Shown piece by piece: positions 9,208 to 18,483 of a stretch of DNA of 33,724 nt. The stretch is from IMG/VR virus record IMGVR_UViG_2531839144_000010. One strand, 5' to 3'. The stretch is from a virus. Lineage: Duplodnaviria > Heunggongvirae > Uroviricota > Caudoviricetes. The notes below the pieces were generated by a model. That model ran no database searches and was not told the DNA's origin. It was given only the letters and a program-made list of their open reading frames with translations. The position numbers were made by a program, and so were the translations under genes. Within the stretch, counting starts at the first letter, position 1, and every line of letters begins with the position of its first letter.

Positions 9208-9232
9208 GTAAAAAAGCCGCCCGCAGGCGGCG
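9208..9232 (-). terminator. Rho-independent terminator of the P-Q operon
   Basis: GCCGCC-CGCA-GGCGGC hairpin (9216-9231) followed on the minus strand by a T6 run, immediately downstream of the Q stop. Confidence 0.65.
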
Positions 9233-9236
9233 ATGT

Positions 9237-10271
9237 TCAGCCGTTGTCAGTCTCCAGTGAGTAGTTTTTAAAGCGGATGATCTCCTGACCGAGCCAGCCG
9301 TTTATTTCCCGAATTCTGTCCTGTAGCGGGATAAGCTCATTGCGGACAAAGACCTTTGCCACTTTTTCAATATCACCCAGCGACCCGACGTTCTCCGGCT
9401 TGCCGCCCATCAACTGAAAGGGGATACGGTGCGCGTCCAGCAGGTCAGCGGCGCTGGCTTTTTTGATATTAAAAAAATCGTCCTTCGTTGCCACTTCACT
9501 GAGCGGGATAATTTTAATGCCGTCAGCTTTCCCCTGCGGGGCATAGAGAAACAGGTTTTTAAAGTTGTTGCGGCCTTTCGACTTCACCATGTTTTCGCGA
9601 AGCATTTCGATATCGTTGCGATCCTGCACGGCATCGGTGACGTACATGATGTATCCGGCATGTGCGCCGTTTTCGTAATACTTGCGGCGGAACAGCGTGG
9701 CCGACTCATTCAGCCAGGCAGAGTTAAGGGCGCTGAGATATTCCGGCAGGCCGTACAACTCCTGATTAATATCCGGCTCCAGCAGGTGAAACACGGAGCC
9801 GGGCGTGAAGGCTGTCGGCTCGTTGAAGGACGGCACCCACCAGTAAACATCCTCCTCCACGCCACGGCGGGTATATTTTGCCGGTGAGGTTTCCAGTCTG
9901 ATGACCTTACCGGTGGTGCTGTAACGCTTTTCCAGAAACGCATTACCGAACACCAGAAAATCCAGCACAAAACGGCTGAAATCCTGCTGGGAAAGCCACG
10001 GGTGCGGGATAAACGTTGAAGCCAGAATATTACGTTTGACGTAAATCGGTGAGCTGTGATGCACGGCAGCACGCAGGCTTTTTGCCAGACCGGTAAAGCT
10101 GACCGGCGGCTCATACCATCTGCCGTTACTGATGCACTCGACGTAATCCAGAATGTCACGGCGGTCGAGTACCGGCACCGGCTCGCCAAAGGTGAATGCT
10201 TCCATTTTCGGGGCGCTGGCGGTGATTGTTTTTGCCGCAGGTCGCGGTGTTTTCCCTTTTTTCTTGCTCAT
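9237..10271 (-). CDS. Q: Portal protein, 344 aa
   Basis: Size and position match P2 Q; 1-nt overlap with the upstream P stop. Confidence 0.85.
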   Translation of the reverse strand: MSKKKGKTPRPAAKTITASAPKMEAFTFGEPVPVLDRRDILDYVECISNGRWYEPPVSFTGLAKSLRAAVHHSSPIYVKRNILASTFIPHPWLSQQDFSRFVLDFLVFGNAFLEKRYSTTGKVIRLETSPAKYTRRGVEEDVYWWVPSFNEPTAFTPGSVFHLLEPDINQELYGLPEYLSALNSAWLNESATLFRRKYYENGAHAGYIMYVTDAVQDRNDIEMLRENMVKSKGRNNFKNLFLYAPQGKADGIKIIPLSEVATKDDFFNIKKASAADLLDAHRIPFQLMGGKPENVGSLGDIEKVAKVFVRNELIPLQDRIREINGWLGQEIIRFKNYSLETDNG

Positions 10272-12043
10272 CAGTAAAACTCCAGAATGGTGGATGTCAG
10301 CGGAGTGCTGATACCGGCGGTGAGTGGCTCATTTAACAGGGCGTGCATGGTTGCCCAGGCGAGGTCGGCGTGGCTGGCTTCCTCGCTGCGGCTGGCCTCA
10401 TAGGTGGCGCTGCGTCCGCTGCTGGTCATGGTCTTGCGGATAGCCATGAACGAGCTGGTGATGTCGGTGGCGCTGACGTCATATTCCAGACAGCCACGGC
10501 GGATAACGTCTTTTGCCTTGAGCACCATTGCGGTTTTCATTTCCGGCGTGTAGCGGATATCGCGCGCGGCGGGATAGAACGAGCGCACGAGCTGGAACAC
10601 GCCGACACCGAGGCCGGTGGCATCAATACCGATGTATTCGACGTTGTATTTTTCGGTGAGTTTGCGGATGGATTCAGCCTGGGTGGCAAAGTCCATGCCT
10701 TTCCACTGGTGACGCTCAAGTATTCTGAATTTGCCACCGGCCACCACCGGCGGTGCCAGCACCACGCATCCGGCGCTGTCGCCACGGTGTGACGGGTCGT
10801 AACCAATCCATACCGGGCGGGAGCCGAACGGATTGGCGGCAAACGGCGCATAGTCTTCCCATTCTTCCAGCGTGTCGACCATGCAGCGTTGCAACTCCTC
10901 GAACGGGAACACCGACGCCTTGTCGTCAACAAATTCACACATGAACAGGTTTTTAAAATCGTCGGCGCTGTTTTCGCGTTTGAGCTGCTCAATGTCGAAC
11001 AGCGTGCAGCCACCTTTCAGGGCGTCCTCAATGGTGACAATCTGCCGCCACTGACCGTCCGCACAGAGAAGCCCACCGGCAAGGGCGTTATGACTGACGT
11101 CGATTTCCACGCGTTCGGCGGCGCTGGCGCGTCCCCGGTTAAACAGTTCACCCGACCAGAACGGGTAGGCGTCGTGCGCCAGCGTGGACGGGGTGGAGAA
11201 ATAGGTCGAGCGCAGGTGACTCTGTGAGGCCATACCTGATGCCACCTTACGCAGTACCTGAAAATTCGGGATCCAGAAAATCTCGTCGACGTACAGGTCG
11301 CCGTTATGGCTCTGCGCGGTGTTGGAGTTGGTGCCGAGAAAAATCAGTTTTGCGCCGTTATTGCCCAGGACAATCGGGTCACCGGTCAGGTCAACGTCAA
11401 CCAGCCGGGCAAAGGCGATGATGTATTCGCGGAACACATACGCCTGCGTTTTACTGGCCGACAGAAAAATCTGGTTATGACCGGTTTTCAGGGCGCGCAG
11501 CAGCGCCTCGCGGGAAAAATAAAACGTCGCGCCAATCTGGCGGGATTTCAGGATATCGCGGATGCGGTGCTCAAGCCCGGCGCGATACCAGTGCAACTGA
11601 TATTCGAAAGACTGCTCAAAGAAAATCTGCTCCAGCTTTTCGATGGCCTCGTCACTGAAAAAATTCTTTTTCGGTTTGCGACGCCCGCCTTTGTTGCGGT
11701 TAGCGACGTTCGGATTAAGGTCTGCCTCGTTGCCGGTCTGACTGTAACGGTTTACCCGTGCCAGTCGTTCAATCTGGCGTCCGAGCAGGTCAATTTCCTT
11801 GAAGTCACCGCCGGTTTTCTGCGGTTTGATGATGAGCTGGGTCAGCCGCGCTTCCAGACTCATTTCGACACGGCTGATGGGGGCAACGCTGTCCCAGCCG
11901 TCGCGCTGTTTCCAGCTCTGCACCGTCGGGCGTTTCATCTGCAACATGGCGGCAATCTGCGGCACGGAAAATCCCTGCCAGTACAGCAGCGCCGCCTGAC
12001 GACGCGGGTCGTGTAAAAGAGTGGTGTCTGTGGTGATGGTCAT
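10271..12043 (-). CDS. P: Terminase large subunit, 590 aa from the ATG at 12043
   Basis: GAGG ribosome-binding site upstream of the ATG at 12043; size matches P2 P. The track start at 12073 would add 10 aa. Confidence 0.85.
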   Translation of the reverse strand: MTITTDTTLLHDPRRQAALLYWQGFSVPQIAAMLQMKRPTVQSWKQRDGWDSVAPISRVEMSLEARLTQLIIKPQKTGGDFKEIDLLGRQIERLARVNRYSQTGNEADLNPNVANRNKGGRRKPKKNFFSDEAIEKLEQIFFEQSFEYQLHWYRAGLEHRIRDILKSRQIGATFYFSREALLRALKTGHNQIFLSASKTQAYVFREYIIAFARLVDVDLTGDPIVLGNNGAKLIFLGTNSNTAQSHNGDLYVDEIFWIPNFQVLRKVASGMASQSHLRSTYFSTPSTLAHDAYPFWSGELFNRGRASAAERVEIDVSHNALAGGLLCADGQWRQIVTIEDALKGGCTLFDIEQLKRENSADDFKNLFMCEFVDDKASVFPFEELQRCMVDTLEEWEDYAPFAANPFGSRPVWIGYDPSHRGDSAGCVVLAPPVVAGGKFRILERHQWKGMDFATQAESIRKLTEKYNVEYIGIDATGLGVGVFQLVRSFYPAARDIRYTPEMKTAMVLKAKDVIRRGCLEYDVSATDITSSFMAIRKTMTSSGRSATYEASRSEEASHADLAWATMHALLNEPLTAGISTPLTSTILEFY

Positions 12044-12216
12044 GAATACCTCGCCGTGATGAATACACGGCAAGGCTACTGAGTCGCGCCCCGCGATTCG
12101 CTAAGGTGCTGTTGTGTCAGTGATAAGCCATCCGGGACTGATGGCGGAGGATGCGTATCGTCGGGAAACTGATGCCGACATGTGACTCCTCTAATCACTA
12201 TTCAGGACTCCTGACA
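12044..12216. promoter_or_regulatory. Divergent late-promoter region for the P-Q (leftward) and O-N-M-L... (rightward) operons
   Basis: 173-bp intergenic region between divergently oriented late genes; by analogy with P2 it should carry Ogr-dependent promoters. I could not pin down a TGT-N12-ACA element. Confidence 0.45.
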
Positions 12217-13071
12217 ATGGCAAAAAAAGTCTCAAAATTCTTTCGTATCGGCGTTGAGGGTGACACCTGTGACGGGCGTGTCATCAGTGCGCAGGATATT
12301 CAGGAAATGGCCGAAACCTTTGACCCGCGTGTCTACGGTTGCCGCATTAACCTGGAACATCTGCGCGGCATCCTGCCTGACGGTATTTTTAAACGTTATG
12401 GCGATGTGGTCGAACTGAAGGCCGAAAAGATTGACGATGATTCGGCGCTGAAAGGCAAATGGGCGCTGTTTGCGAAAATCACCCCGACCGATGACCTTAT
12501 CGCGATGAACAAGGCCGCGCAGAAGGTCTACACCTCAATGGAAATTCAGCCGAACTTTGCCAACACCGGCAAATGTTATCTGGTGGGGCTGGCCGTCACC
12601 GATGACCCGGCAAGCCTCGGCACGGAATACCTGGAATTCTGCCGCACGGCAAAACACAACCCTCTGAACCGCTTCAAATTAAGCCCTGAAAACCTGATTT
12701 CAGTGGCAACGCCCGTTGAGCTGGAATTTGAAGACCTGCCTGAAACCGTGTTCACCGCCCTGACCGAAAAGGTGAAATCCATTTTTGGCCGCAAACAGGC
12801 CAGCGATGACGCCCGTCTGAATGACGTGCATGAAGCGGTGACCGCTGTTGCTGAACATGTGCAGGAAAAACTGAGCGCCACTGAGCAGCGCCTCGCTGAG
12901 ATGGAAACCGCCTTTTCCGCACTTAAGCAGGAGGTGACTGACAGGGCGGATGAAACCAGCCAGGCATTCACCCGCCTGAAAAACAGTCTCGACCACACCG
13001 AAAGTCTGACCCAGCAGCGCCGCAGCAAGGCCACCGGTGGTGGCGGTGACGCCCTGATGACGAACTGCTGA
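12217..13071 (+). CDS. O: Capsid scaffolding protein, 284 aa
   Basis: ATG at 12217 with AGGA upstream; coiled-coil-like C-terminal half; size matches P2 O. Confidence 0.8.
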   Translation: MAKKVSKFFRIGVEGDTCDGRVISAQDIQEMAETFDPRVYGCRINLEHLRGILPDGIFKRYGDVVELKAEKIDDDSALKGKWALFAKITPTDDLIAMNKAAQKVYTSMEIQPNFANTGKCYLVGLAVTDDPASLGTEYLEFCRTAKHNPLNRFKLSPENLISVATPVELEFEDLPETVFTALTEKVKSIFGRKQASDDARLNDVHEAVTAVAEHVQEKLSATEQRLAEMETAFSALKQEVTDRADETSQAFTRLKNSLDHTESLTQQRRSKATGGGGDALMTNC

Positions 13072-13129
13072 CCGGCGTCAGTCAGTCCGGGAAAACCTTC
13101 ACGATTAACCCTTAATTTCAGGAAAAACT

Positions 13130-14203
13130 ATGCGCCAGGAAACCCGCTTTAAATTTAATGCCTACCTGTCCCGTGTTGCCGAACTGAACGGCATCGACGC
13201 CGGTGATGTGTCGAAAAAATTCACCGTTGAACCGTCGGTCACCCAGACCCTGATGAACACCATGCAGGAGTCCTCTGACTTTCTGACCCGCATCAACATT
13301 GTGCCGGTCAGCGAAATGAAAGGGGAAAAAATTGGTATTGGTGTCACCGGCTCCATCGCCAGCACCACCGACACCGCCGGTGGCACCGAGCGTCAGCCGA
13401 AGGACTTCTCGAAGCTGGCGTCAAACAAGTACGAATGCGACCAGATTAACTTCGATTTTTATATCCGCTACAAAACGCTTGACCTGTGGGCGCGTTATCA
13501 GGATTTCCAGCTCCGTATCCGTAACGCCATTATCAAACGCCAGTCCCTTGATTTCATCATGGCCGGTTTTAACGGCGTGAAGCGTGCCGAAACCTCTGAC
13601 CGCAGCAGCAATCCGATGCTGCAGGATGTGGCAGTCGGCTGGCTGCAGAAATACCGCAATGAAGCTCCGGCGCGCGTGATGAGCAAGGTCACTGACGAGG
13701 AAGGGCACACGACCTCTGAGGTCATCCGCGTGGGCAAGGGCGGTGATTATGCCAGCCTTGACGCACTGGTGATGGATGCGACCAATAACCTGATTGAGCC
13801 GTGGTATCAGGAAGACCCTGACCTTGTGGTGATTGTGGGACGTCAGCTACTGGCGGACAAGTATTTCCCCATCGTCAACAGGGAGCAGGACAACAGCGAA
13901 ATGCTGGCCGCAGACGTCATCATCAGCCAGAAACGCATCGGTAACCTGCCGGCGGTACGCGTCCCGTACTTCCCGGCGGATGCGATGCTCATCACGAAGC
14001 TGGAAAACCTGTCCATCTACTACATGGATGACAGCCATCGCCGCGTGATTGAGGAAAACCCGAAACTCGACCGTGTGGAGAACTACGAGTCAATGAACAT
14101 TGATTACGTGGTGGAAGACTACGCCGCCGGTTGTCTGGTGGAAAAAATTAAGGTCGGTGATTTTTCCACACCGGCTAAGGCGACCGCAGAGCCGGGAGCG
14201 TAA
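13130..14203 (+). CDS. N: Major capsid protein, 357 aa
   Basis: Size, position and sequence character match P2 N. Confidence 0.85.
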   Translation: MRQETRFKFNAYLSRVAELNGIDAGDVSKKFTVEPSVTQTLMNTMQESSDFLTRINIVPVSEMKGEKIGIGVTGSIASTTDTAGGTERQPKDFSKLASNKYECDQINFDFYIRYKTLDLWARYQDFQLRIRNAIIKRQSLDFIMAGFNGVKRAETSDRSSNPMLQDVAVGWLQKYRNEAPARVMSKVTDEEGHTTSEVIRVGKGGDYASLDALVMDATNNLIEPWYQEDPDLVVIVGRQLLADKYFPIVNREQDNSEMLAADVIISQKRIGNLPAVRVPYFPADAMLITKLENLSIYYMDDSHRRVIEENPKLDRVENYESMNIDYVVEDYAAGCLVEKIKVGDFSTPAKATAEPGA

Positions 14204-14206
14204 CCG

Positions 14207-14950
14207 ATGACGAGTCCCGCACAGCGCCACATGATGCGGGTCTCGGCAGCGATGACCGCGCAGCGGGAAGCCGCCCCGCTGCGACATGCAACTGTCTATG
14301 AGCAGATGCTGGTTAAGCTCGCCGCAGACCAGCGCACACTGAAAGCGATTTATTCAAAAGAGCTTAAGGCCGCGAAAAAGCGCGAACTGCTGCCGTTCTG
14401 GTTGCCGTGGGTGAACGGCGTGCTGGAGCAGGGCAAAGGTGCACAGGATGACATTCTGATGACGGTCATGCTGTGGCGTCTGGATACCGGCGATATTGCC
14501 GGTGCGCTGGAGATTGCCCGTTATGCCCTGAAGTACGGTCTGACCATGCCGGGTAAACACCGCCGCACCCCGCCGTACATGTTCACCGAGGAGGTGGCGC
14601 TCGCGGCCATGCGCGCTCACGCTGCCGGTGAGTCTGTGGATACCCGCCTGCTGACGGAGACCCTTGAACTGACCGCCACGGCTGACATGCCTGATGAAGT
14701 GCGCGCAAAGCTGCACAAAATCACCGGTCTGTTTCTGCGTGACGGTGGTGATGCCGCCGGTGCGCTGGCTCACCTGCAACGTGCGACACAGCTCGACTGT
14801 CAGGCAGGCGTCAAAAAAGAGATTGAACGACTGGAGCGGGAGCTGAAACCGAAGCCGGAGCCGCAGCCCAAAGCGGCCACCCGTACCCCGCGTAAGACCC
14901 GGAGCGTGACACCGGCAAAACGTGGACGCCCGAAAAAGAAAGCCAGTTAA
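14207..14950 (+). CDS. M: Terminase small subunit, 247 aa
   Basis: Size and position match P2 M; basic C-terminal tail. Confidence 0.8.
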   Translation: MTSPAQRHMMRVSAAMTAQREAAPLRHATVYEQMLVKLAADQRTLKAIYSKELKAAKKRELLPFWLPWVNGVLEQGKGAQDDILMTVMLWRLDTGDIAGALEIARYALKYGLTMPGKHRRTPPYMFTEEVALAAMRAHAAGESVDTRLLTETLELTATADMPDEVRAKLHKITGLFLRDGGDAAGALAHLQRATQLDCQAGVKKEIERLERELKPKPEPQPKAATRTPRKTRSVTPAKRGRPKKKAS

Positions 14951-15049
14951 CAACCGAATGCGCCCCGCGCCAGGGCGGCACGCCGGTCAGTGAGGGTGAA
15001 TCACCGGACACTGCACCGGCGTCCACCGCCCGACTTTTCAGAGGTAGTC

Positions 15050-15559
15050 ATGATGACGCTGATTATTCCGCGAAAGGAGGCTCCCGTGTCCGGTGAGGGT
15101 ACGGTGGTCATCCCGCAACCGGCAGGCGACGAGCCGGTGATTAAAAACACGTTCTTTTTTCCCGATATCGACCCGAAGCGCGTCCGGGAACGTATGCGCC
15201 TTGAGCAGACCGTCGCCCCCGCCCGTCTGCGTGAGGCCATCAAGTCAGGCATGGCGGAGACGAATGCGGAGCTGTACGAGTACCGCGAACAGAAAATTGC
15301 CGCCGGTTTTACGCGTCTGGCGGACGTCCCGGCGGACGACATCGACGGTGAAAGTATCAAAGTTTTTTACTACGAGCGCGCCGTGTGTGCGATGGCGACC
15401 GCGTCGCTTTATGAGCGTTATCGCGGCGTGGATGCCAGTGCGAAAGGCGACAAGAAGGCTGACAGCATTGACAGCACCATTGATGAACTGTGGCGGGATA
15501 TGCGCTGGGCGGTGGCGCGTATCCAGGACAAGCCGCGCTGCATCGTGAGTCAAATCTGA
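15050..15559 (+). CDS. L: Head completion protein, 169 aa
   Basis: ATG at 15050; 169 aa matches P2 L. The track ORF starts at an upstream GTG. Confidence 0.75.
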   Translation: MMTLIIPRKEAPVSGEGTVVIPQPAGDEPVIKNTFFFPDIDPKRVRERMRLEQTVAPARLREAIKSGMAETNAELYEYREQKIAAGFTRLADVPADDIDGESIKVFYYERAVCAMATASLYERYRGVDASAKGDKKADSIDSTIDELWRDMRWAVARIQDKPRCIVSQI

Positions 15560-15762
15560 TGAAGACCTTTGCGCTACAGGGCGACACGCTCGACGCCATT
15601 TGTGTCCGGTATTACGGGCGCACTGAGGGCGTGGTTGAGACCGTGCTCGCCGCAAATCCGGGACTGGCTGAACTGGGTGCGGTGCTGCCACACGGCACCG
15701 CCGTCGAACTGCCCGACGTTCAGACCGCGCCCGTGGCTGAAACTGTCAATCTGTGGGAGTAA
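15559..15762 (+). CDS. X: Tail protein X, 67 aa
   Basis: ATG overlaps the L stop; 67 aa matches P2 X. Confidence 0.7.
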   Translation: MKTFALQGDTLDAICVRYYGRTEGVVETVLAANPGLAELGAVLPHGTAVELPDVQTAPVAETVNLWE

Positions 15763-15765
15763 CGC

Positions 15766-16047
15766 ATGACAGCAGAAGAAAAAAGCGTCCTGTCGCTTTT
15801 CATGATTGGGGTGCTGATTGTTGTCGGCAAGGTGCTTGCCGGTGGTGAACCCATCACCCCGCGTCTGTTTATCGGGCGCATGTTGCTCGGTGGTTTTGTC
15901 TCGATGGTTGCCGGTGTTGTTCTGGTGCAGTTTCCTGACCTGTCACTGCCTGCAGTGTGCGGCATCGGCTCCATGCTGGGTATCGCCGGTTATCAGGTGA
16001 TTGAGATTGCCATTCAGCGCCGCTTTAAGGGCAGGGGGAAACCGTAA
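15766..16047 (+). CDS. Y: Holin, 93 aa
   Basis: Hydrophobic segments with a charged C-terminus; directly precedes the endolysin. Confidence 0.8.
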   Translation: MTAEEKSVLSLFMIGVLIVVGKVLAGGEPITPRLFIGRMLLGGFVSMVAGVVLVQFPDLSLPAVCGIGSMLGIAGYQVIEIAIQRRFKGRGKP

Positions 16048-16544
16048 TGCCGGTAATTAACACGCATCAGAATATCGCGGCCTTTCTCGACATGCTGGCC
16101 GTGTCCGAAGGGACGGCGAATCATCCGCTGACGAAAAACCGGGGCTATGACGTGATAGTCACCGGACTGGACGGGAAGCCGGAAATTTTCACCGACTACA
16201 GTGACCACCCGTTCGCGCATGGCCGACCGGCGAAGGTGTTTAACCGTCGCGGTGAAAAATCCACGGCCTCCGGTCGCTATCAGCAGCTTTACCTGTTCTG
16301 GCCGCATTACCGCAAACAGCTTGCCCTGCCGGATTTCAGTCCGTTGTCACAGGACAGACTCGCCATTCAGTTGATCCGCGAACGCGGTGCGCTGGATGAC
16401 ATCCGGGCGGGGCGCATTGAGCGCGCCATTTCACGCTGTCGCAATATCTGGGCGTCCCTGCCGGGTGCCGGTTACGGTCAGCGTGAGCATTCACTGGAAA
16501 AACTGGTCACCGTCTGGCGTACCGCTGGCGGCGTACCGGCTTAA
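16047..16544 (+). CDS. K: Endolysin, 165 aa
   Basis: Size and position match P2 K; start overlaps the holin stop. Confidence 0.8.
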   Translation: MPVINTHQNIAAFLDMLAVSEGTANHPLTKNRGYDVIVTGLDGKPEIFTDYSDHPFAHGRPAKVFNRRGEKSTASGRYQQLYLFWPHYRKQLALPDFSPLSQDRLAIQLIRERGALDDIRAGRIERAISRCRNIWASLPGAGYGQREHSLEKLVTVWRTAGGVPA

Positions 16545-16558
16545 ACGGAGTAAACACC

Positions 16559-16984
16559 ATGAAGAAATTATCCCTTTCACTGATGCTGCACGTGTCGCTG
16601 GCGCTGATGCTGGCACTGTCCCTGATTTACCCGCAGAGCGTGGCCGTCAGTTTTGTCGCCACCTGGGCGATTCTGGCGACGGTTATCTGTGTGGTTGCCG
16701 GTGGTGTCGGGGTGTATGCCACTGAGTATGTACTGGAACGCTACGGACGGGAGCTGCCGCCGGAATCGCTGGCCGTGAAGATTGTCACGTCGCTGTTTTT
16801 GCAGCCGGTGCCGTGGCGCAGGCGGGCAGTGGCTCTGGTGGCGATGGTGGCGACGTTTATCTCGCTGGTCGCCGCCGGATGGATTTTTACCGCGCTGATT
16901 TATCTTGTGGCGTCGCTGTTTTTCCGGCTGATACGTAAAGCCTGTCGTCAGCGTCTTGAGGGGCGGGAATTATGTCAAAGCTGA
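16559..16984 (+). CDS. lysA: LysA, membrane protein of the lysis cassette, 141 aa
   Basis: Multiple hydrophobic helices; position after K. Confidence 0.7.
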   Translation: MKKLSLSLMLHVSLALMLALSLIYPQSVAVSFVATWAILATVICVVAGGVGVYATEYVLERYGRELPPESLAVKIVTSLFLQPVPWRRRAVALVAMVATFISLVAAGWIFTALIYLVASLFFRLIRKACRQRLEGRELCQS

Positions 16985-17397
16985 TGATTGTGCTGGTCGT
17001 GTTGTTATCGCTGGCGGTGGCGGGGCTGTTTCTGGCGAAGCATGAAAACGCCAGCCTGCGCGCCTCGCTGGACAGGGCGAACAACGTCGCCAGCGGGCAG
17101 CAGACGACCATCACCATGCTGAAAAATCAGCTTCATGTTGCCCTCACCAGAGCAGACAAAAACGAGCTGGCGCAGGTGGTACTGCGTCAGGAACTGGAGA
17201 ACGCCGCGAAGCGTGAAGCACAGCGCGAGAAAACCATCACGAGGTTACTTAATGAAAACGAAGATTTTCGCCGCTGGTACGGCGCTGACCTGCCTGATGC
17301 TGTGCGCCGGTTGCACCAGCGCCCGGCCTGCACCGACGCCAGTGATTGTCGCCAACGCCTGCCCGAAAGTGAGCCTTTGCCCGATGCCGGGCAGTGA
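16972..17397 (+). CDS. lysB: LysB, Rz-like inner-membrane spanin, 141 aa
   Basis: N-terminal transmembrane segment followed by a charged coiled-coil-like region. Confidence 0.7.
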   Translation: MSKLMIVLVVLLSLAVAGLFLAKHENASLRASLDRANNVASGQQTTITMLKNQLHVALTRADKNELAQVVLRQELENAAKREAQREKTITRLLNENEDFRRWYGADLPDAVRRLHQRPACTDASDCRQRLPESEPLPDAGQ

Positions 17398-17542
17398 CCC
17401 GGAGACGAACGGCGATTTAAGTGCCGATATCCGGCAGCTTGAGAACGCGCTGGCACGCTGTGCCAGCCAGGTAAAAATGATTAAACACTGTCAGGACGAA
17501 AACGATGCTCAAACCCGACAGCCTGCGCAGGGCGCTGACTGA
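17252..17542 (+). CDS. lysC: LysC, Rz1-like outer-membrane lipoprotein spanin, 96 aa, in the +1 frame overlapping lysB
   Basis: ATG at 17252 with GAGG upstream; signal peptide and lipobox MKTKIFAAGTALTCLMLCAGC; starts inside lysB and extends into R. Confidence 0.7.
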   Translation: MKTKIFAAGTALTCLMLCAGCTSARPAPTPVIVANACPKVSLCPMPGSDPETNGDLSADIRQLENALARCASQVKMIKHCQDENDAQTRQPAQGAD

Positions 17543-17972
17543 TGCCGTCACGGTGCTGAAAACTAACCCCGATATGCTGCGGATATTCGTGGATAACGGG
17601 AGTATTGCCTCCACACTGGCGGCGTCGTTGTCATTCGAAAAGCGTTACACGCTCAATGTCATTGTGACCGACTTTACCGGTGATTTTGACCTGCTCATTG
17701 TGCCGGTGCTGGCGTGGCTGCGGGAAAATCAGCCCGACATCATGACCACCGACGAAGGCCAGAAAAAGGGCTTCACGTTTTATGCAGACATCAACAATGA
17801 CAGCAGCTTTGATATCAGCATCAGCCTGATGCTGACCGAGCGCACGCTGGTCAGTGAGGTTGACGGCGCGCTGCATGTGAAGAATATCCCGGAACCTCCG
17901 CCGCCGGAGCCGGTTACCCGCCCGATGGAGCTGTATATCAATGGCGAACTGGTGAGTAAGTGGGATGAATGA
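17505..17972 (+). CDS. R: Tail completion protein R, 155 aa
   Basis: Size and position match P2 R. Confidence 0.75.
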   Translation: MLKPDSLRRALTDAVTVLKTNPDMLRIFVDNGSIASTLAASLSFEKRYTLNVIVTDFTGDFDLLIVPVLAWLRENQPDIMTTDEGQKKGFTFYADINNDSSFDISISLMLTERTLVSEVDGALHVKNIPEPPPPEPVTRPMELYINGELVSKWDE

Positions 17973-18417
17973 GTTTAAGCGTTTTGAAGACCGGCTGACC
18001 GGACTGATTGAGTCGCTGTCACCGTCAGGGCGTCGACGACTGAGTGCCGAACTGGCGAAACGTCTGCGTCAGAGTCAGCAGCGTCGGGTGATGGCACAGA
18101 AAGCCCCGGACGGCACACCCTACGCGCCACGCCAGCAGCAGAGCGCCAGAAAAAAGACCGGTCGTGTTAAGCGAAAAATGTTTGCGAAACTTATCACCAG
18201 TCGCTTTTTGCATATCCGCGCCAGCCCGGAACAGGCATCAATGGAATTTTACGGCGGGAAGTCACCGAAAATCGCCAGTGTGCATCAGTTCGGTCTGTCG
18301 GAAGAAAACCGGAAAGACGGTAAGAAAATTGATTATCCGGCGCGTCCTCTGCTCGGCTTTACCGGTGAGGATGTGCAGATGATTGAAGAGATTATTCTGG
18401 CTCACCTCGACCGTTAG
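17965..18417 (+). CDS. S: Tail completion protein S, 150 aa
   Basis: Size and position match P2 S; overlaps the R stop. Confidence 0.75.
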   Translation: MNEFKRFEDRLTGLIESLSPSGRRRLSAELAKRLRQSQQRRVMAQKAPDGTPYAPRQQQSARKKTGRVKRKMFAKLITSRFLHIRASPEQASMEFYGGKSPKIASVHQFGLSEENRKDGKKIDYPARPLLGFTGEDVQMIEEIILAHLDR

Positions 18418-18449
18418 TTGTGCCATTCCTGACACCTCATCGTCACATT

Positions 18450-18471
18450 GCCGCCGGTATGACCCGGCGGC
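18450..18471 (+). terminator. GC-rich stem-loop between S and V (possible operon boundary)
   Basis: GCCGCCGG-TATGAC-CCGGCGGC, an 8-bp perfect stem; no U-tract follows, so terminator function is uncertain. Confidence 0.25.
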
Positions 18472-18483
18472 ATCCTTCCCGTT

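Noticed and set aside
9429-12068. Several long ORFs on the plus strand and in alternative frames inside the Q and P genes (for example 9429-9887, 10343-10792, 10889-11227, 11306-12016).
   Set aside because: They lie antisense or out of frame within GC-rich, well-supported structural genes; typical open-frame artefacts of high-GC DNA, with no ribosome-binding sites or independent support.
12044-12073. Upstream ATG at 12073 as the start of terminase P, and an upstream GTG at 14990 as the start of L.
   Set aside because: The downstream ATGs (12043; 15050) have better Shine-Dalgarno context and give the expected protein lengths of 590 and 169 aa.
12100-12140. Searched for an Ogr-binding TGT-N12-ACA dyad upstream of the late operons (P/O, V and FI promoter regions).
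   Set aside because: No exact match found by eye; late promoter regions are annotated only by position.
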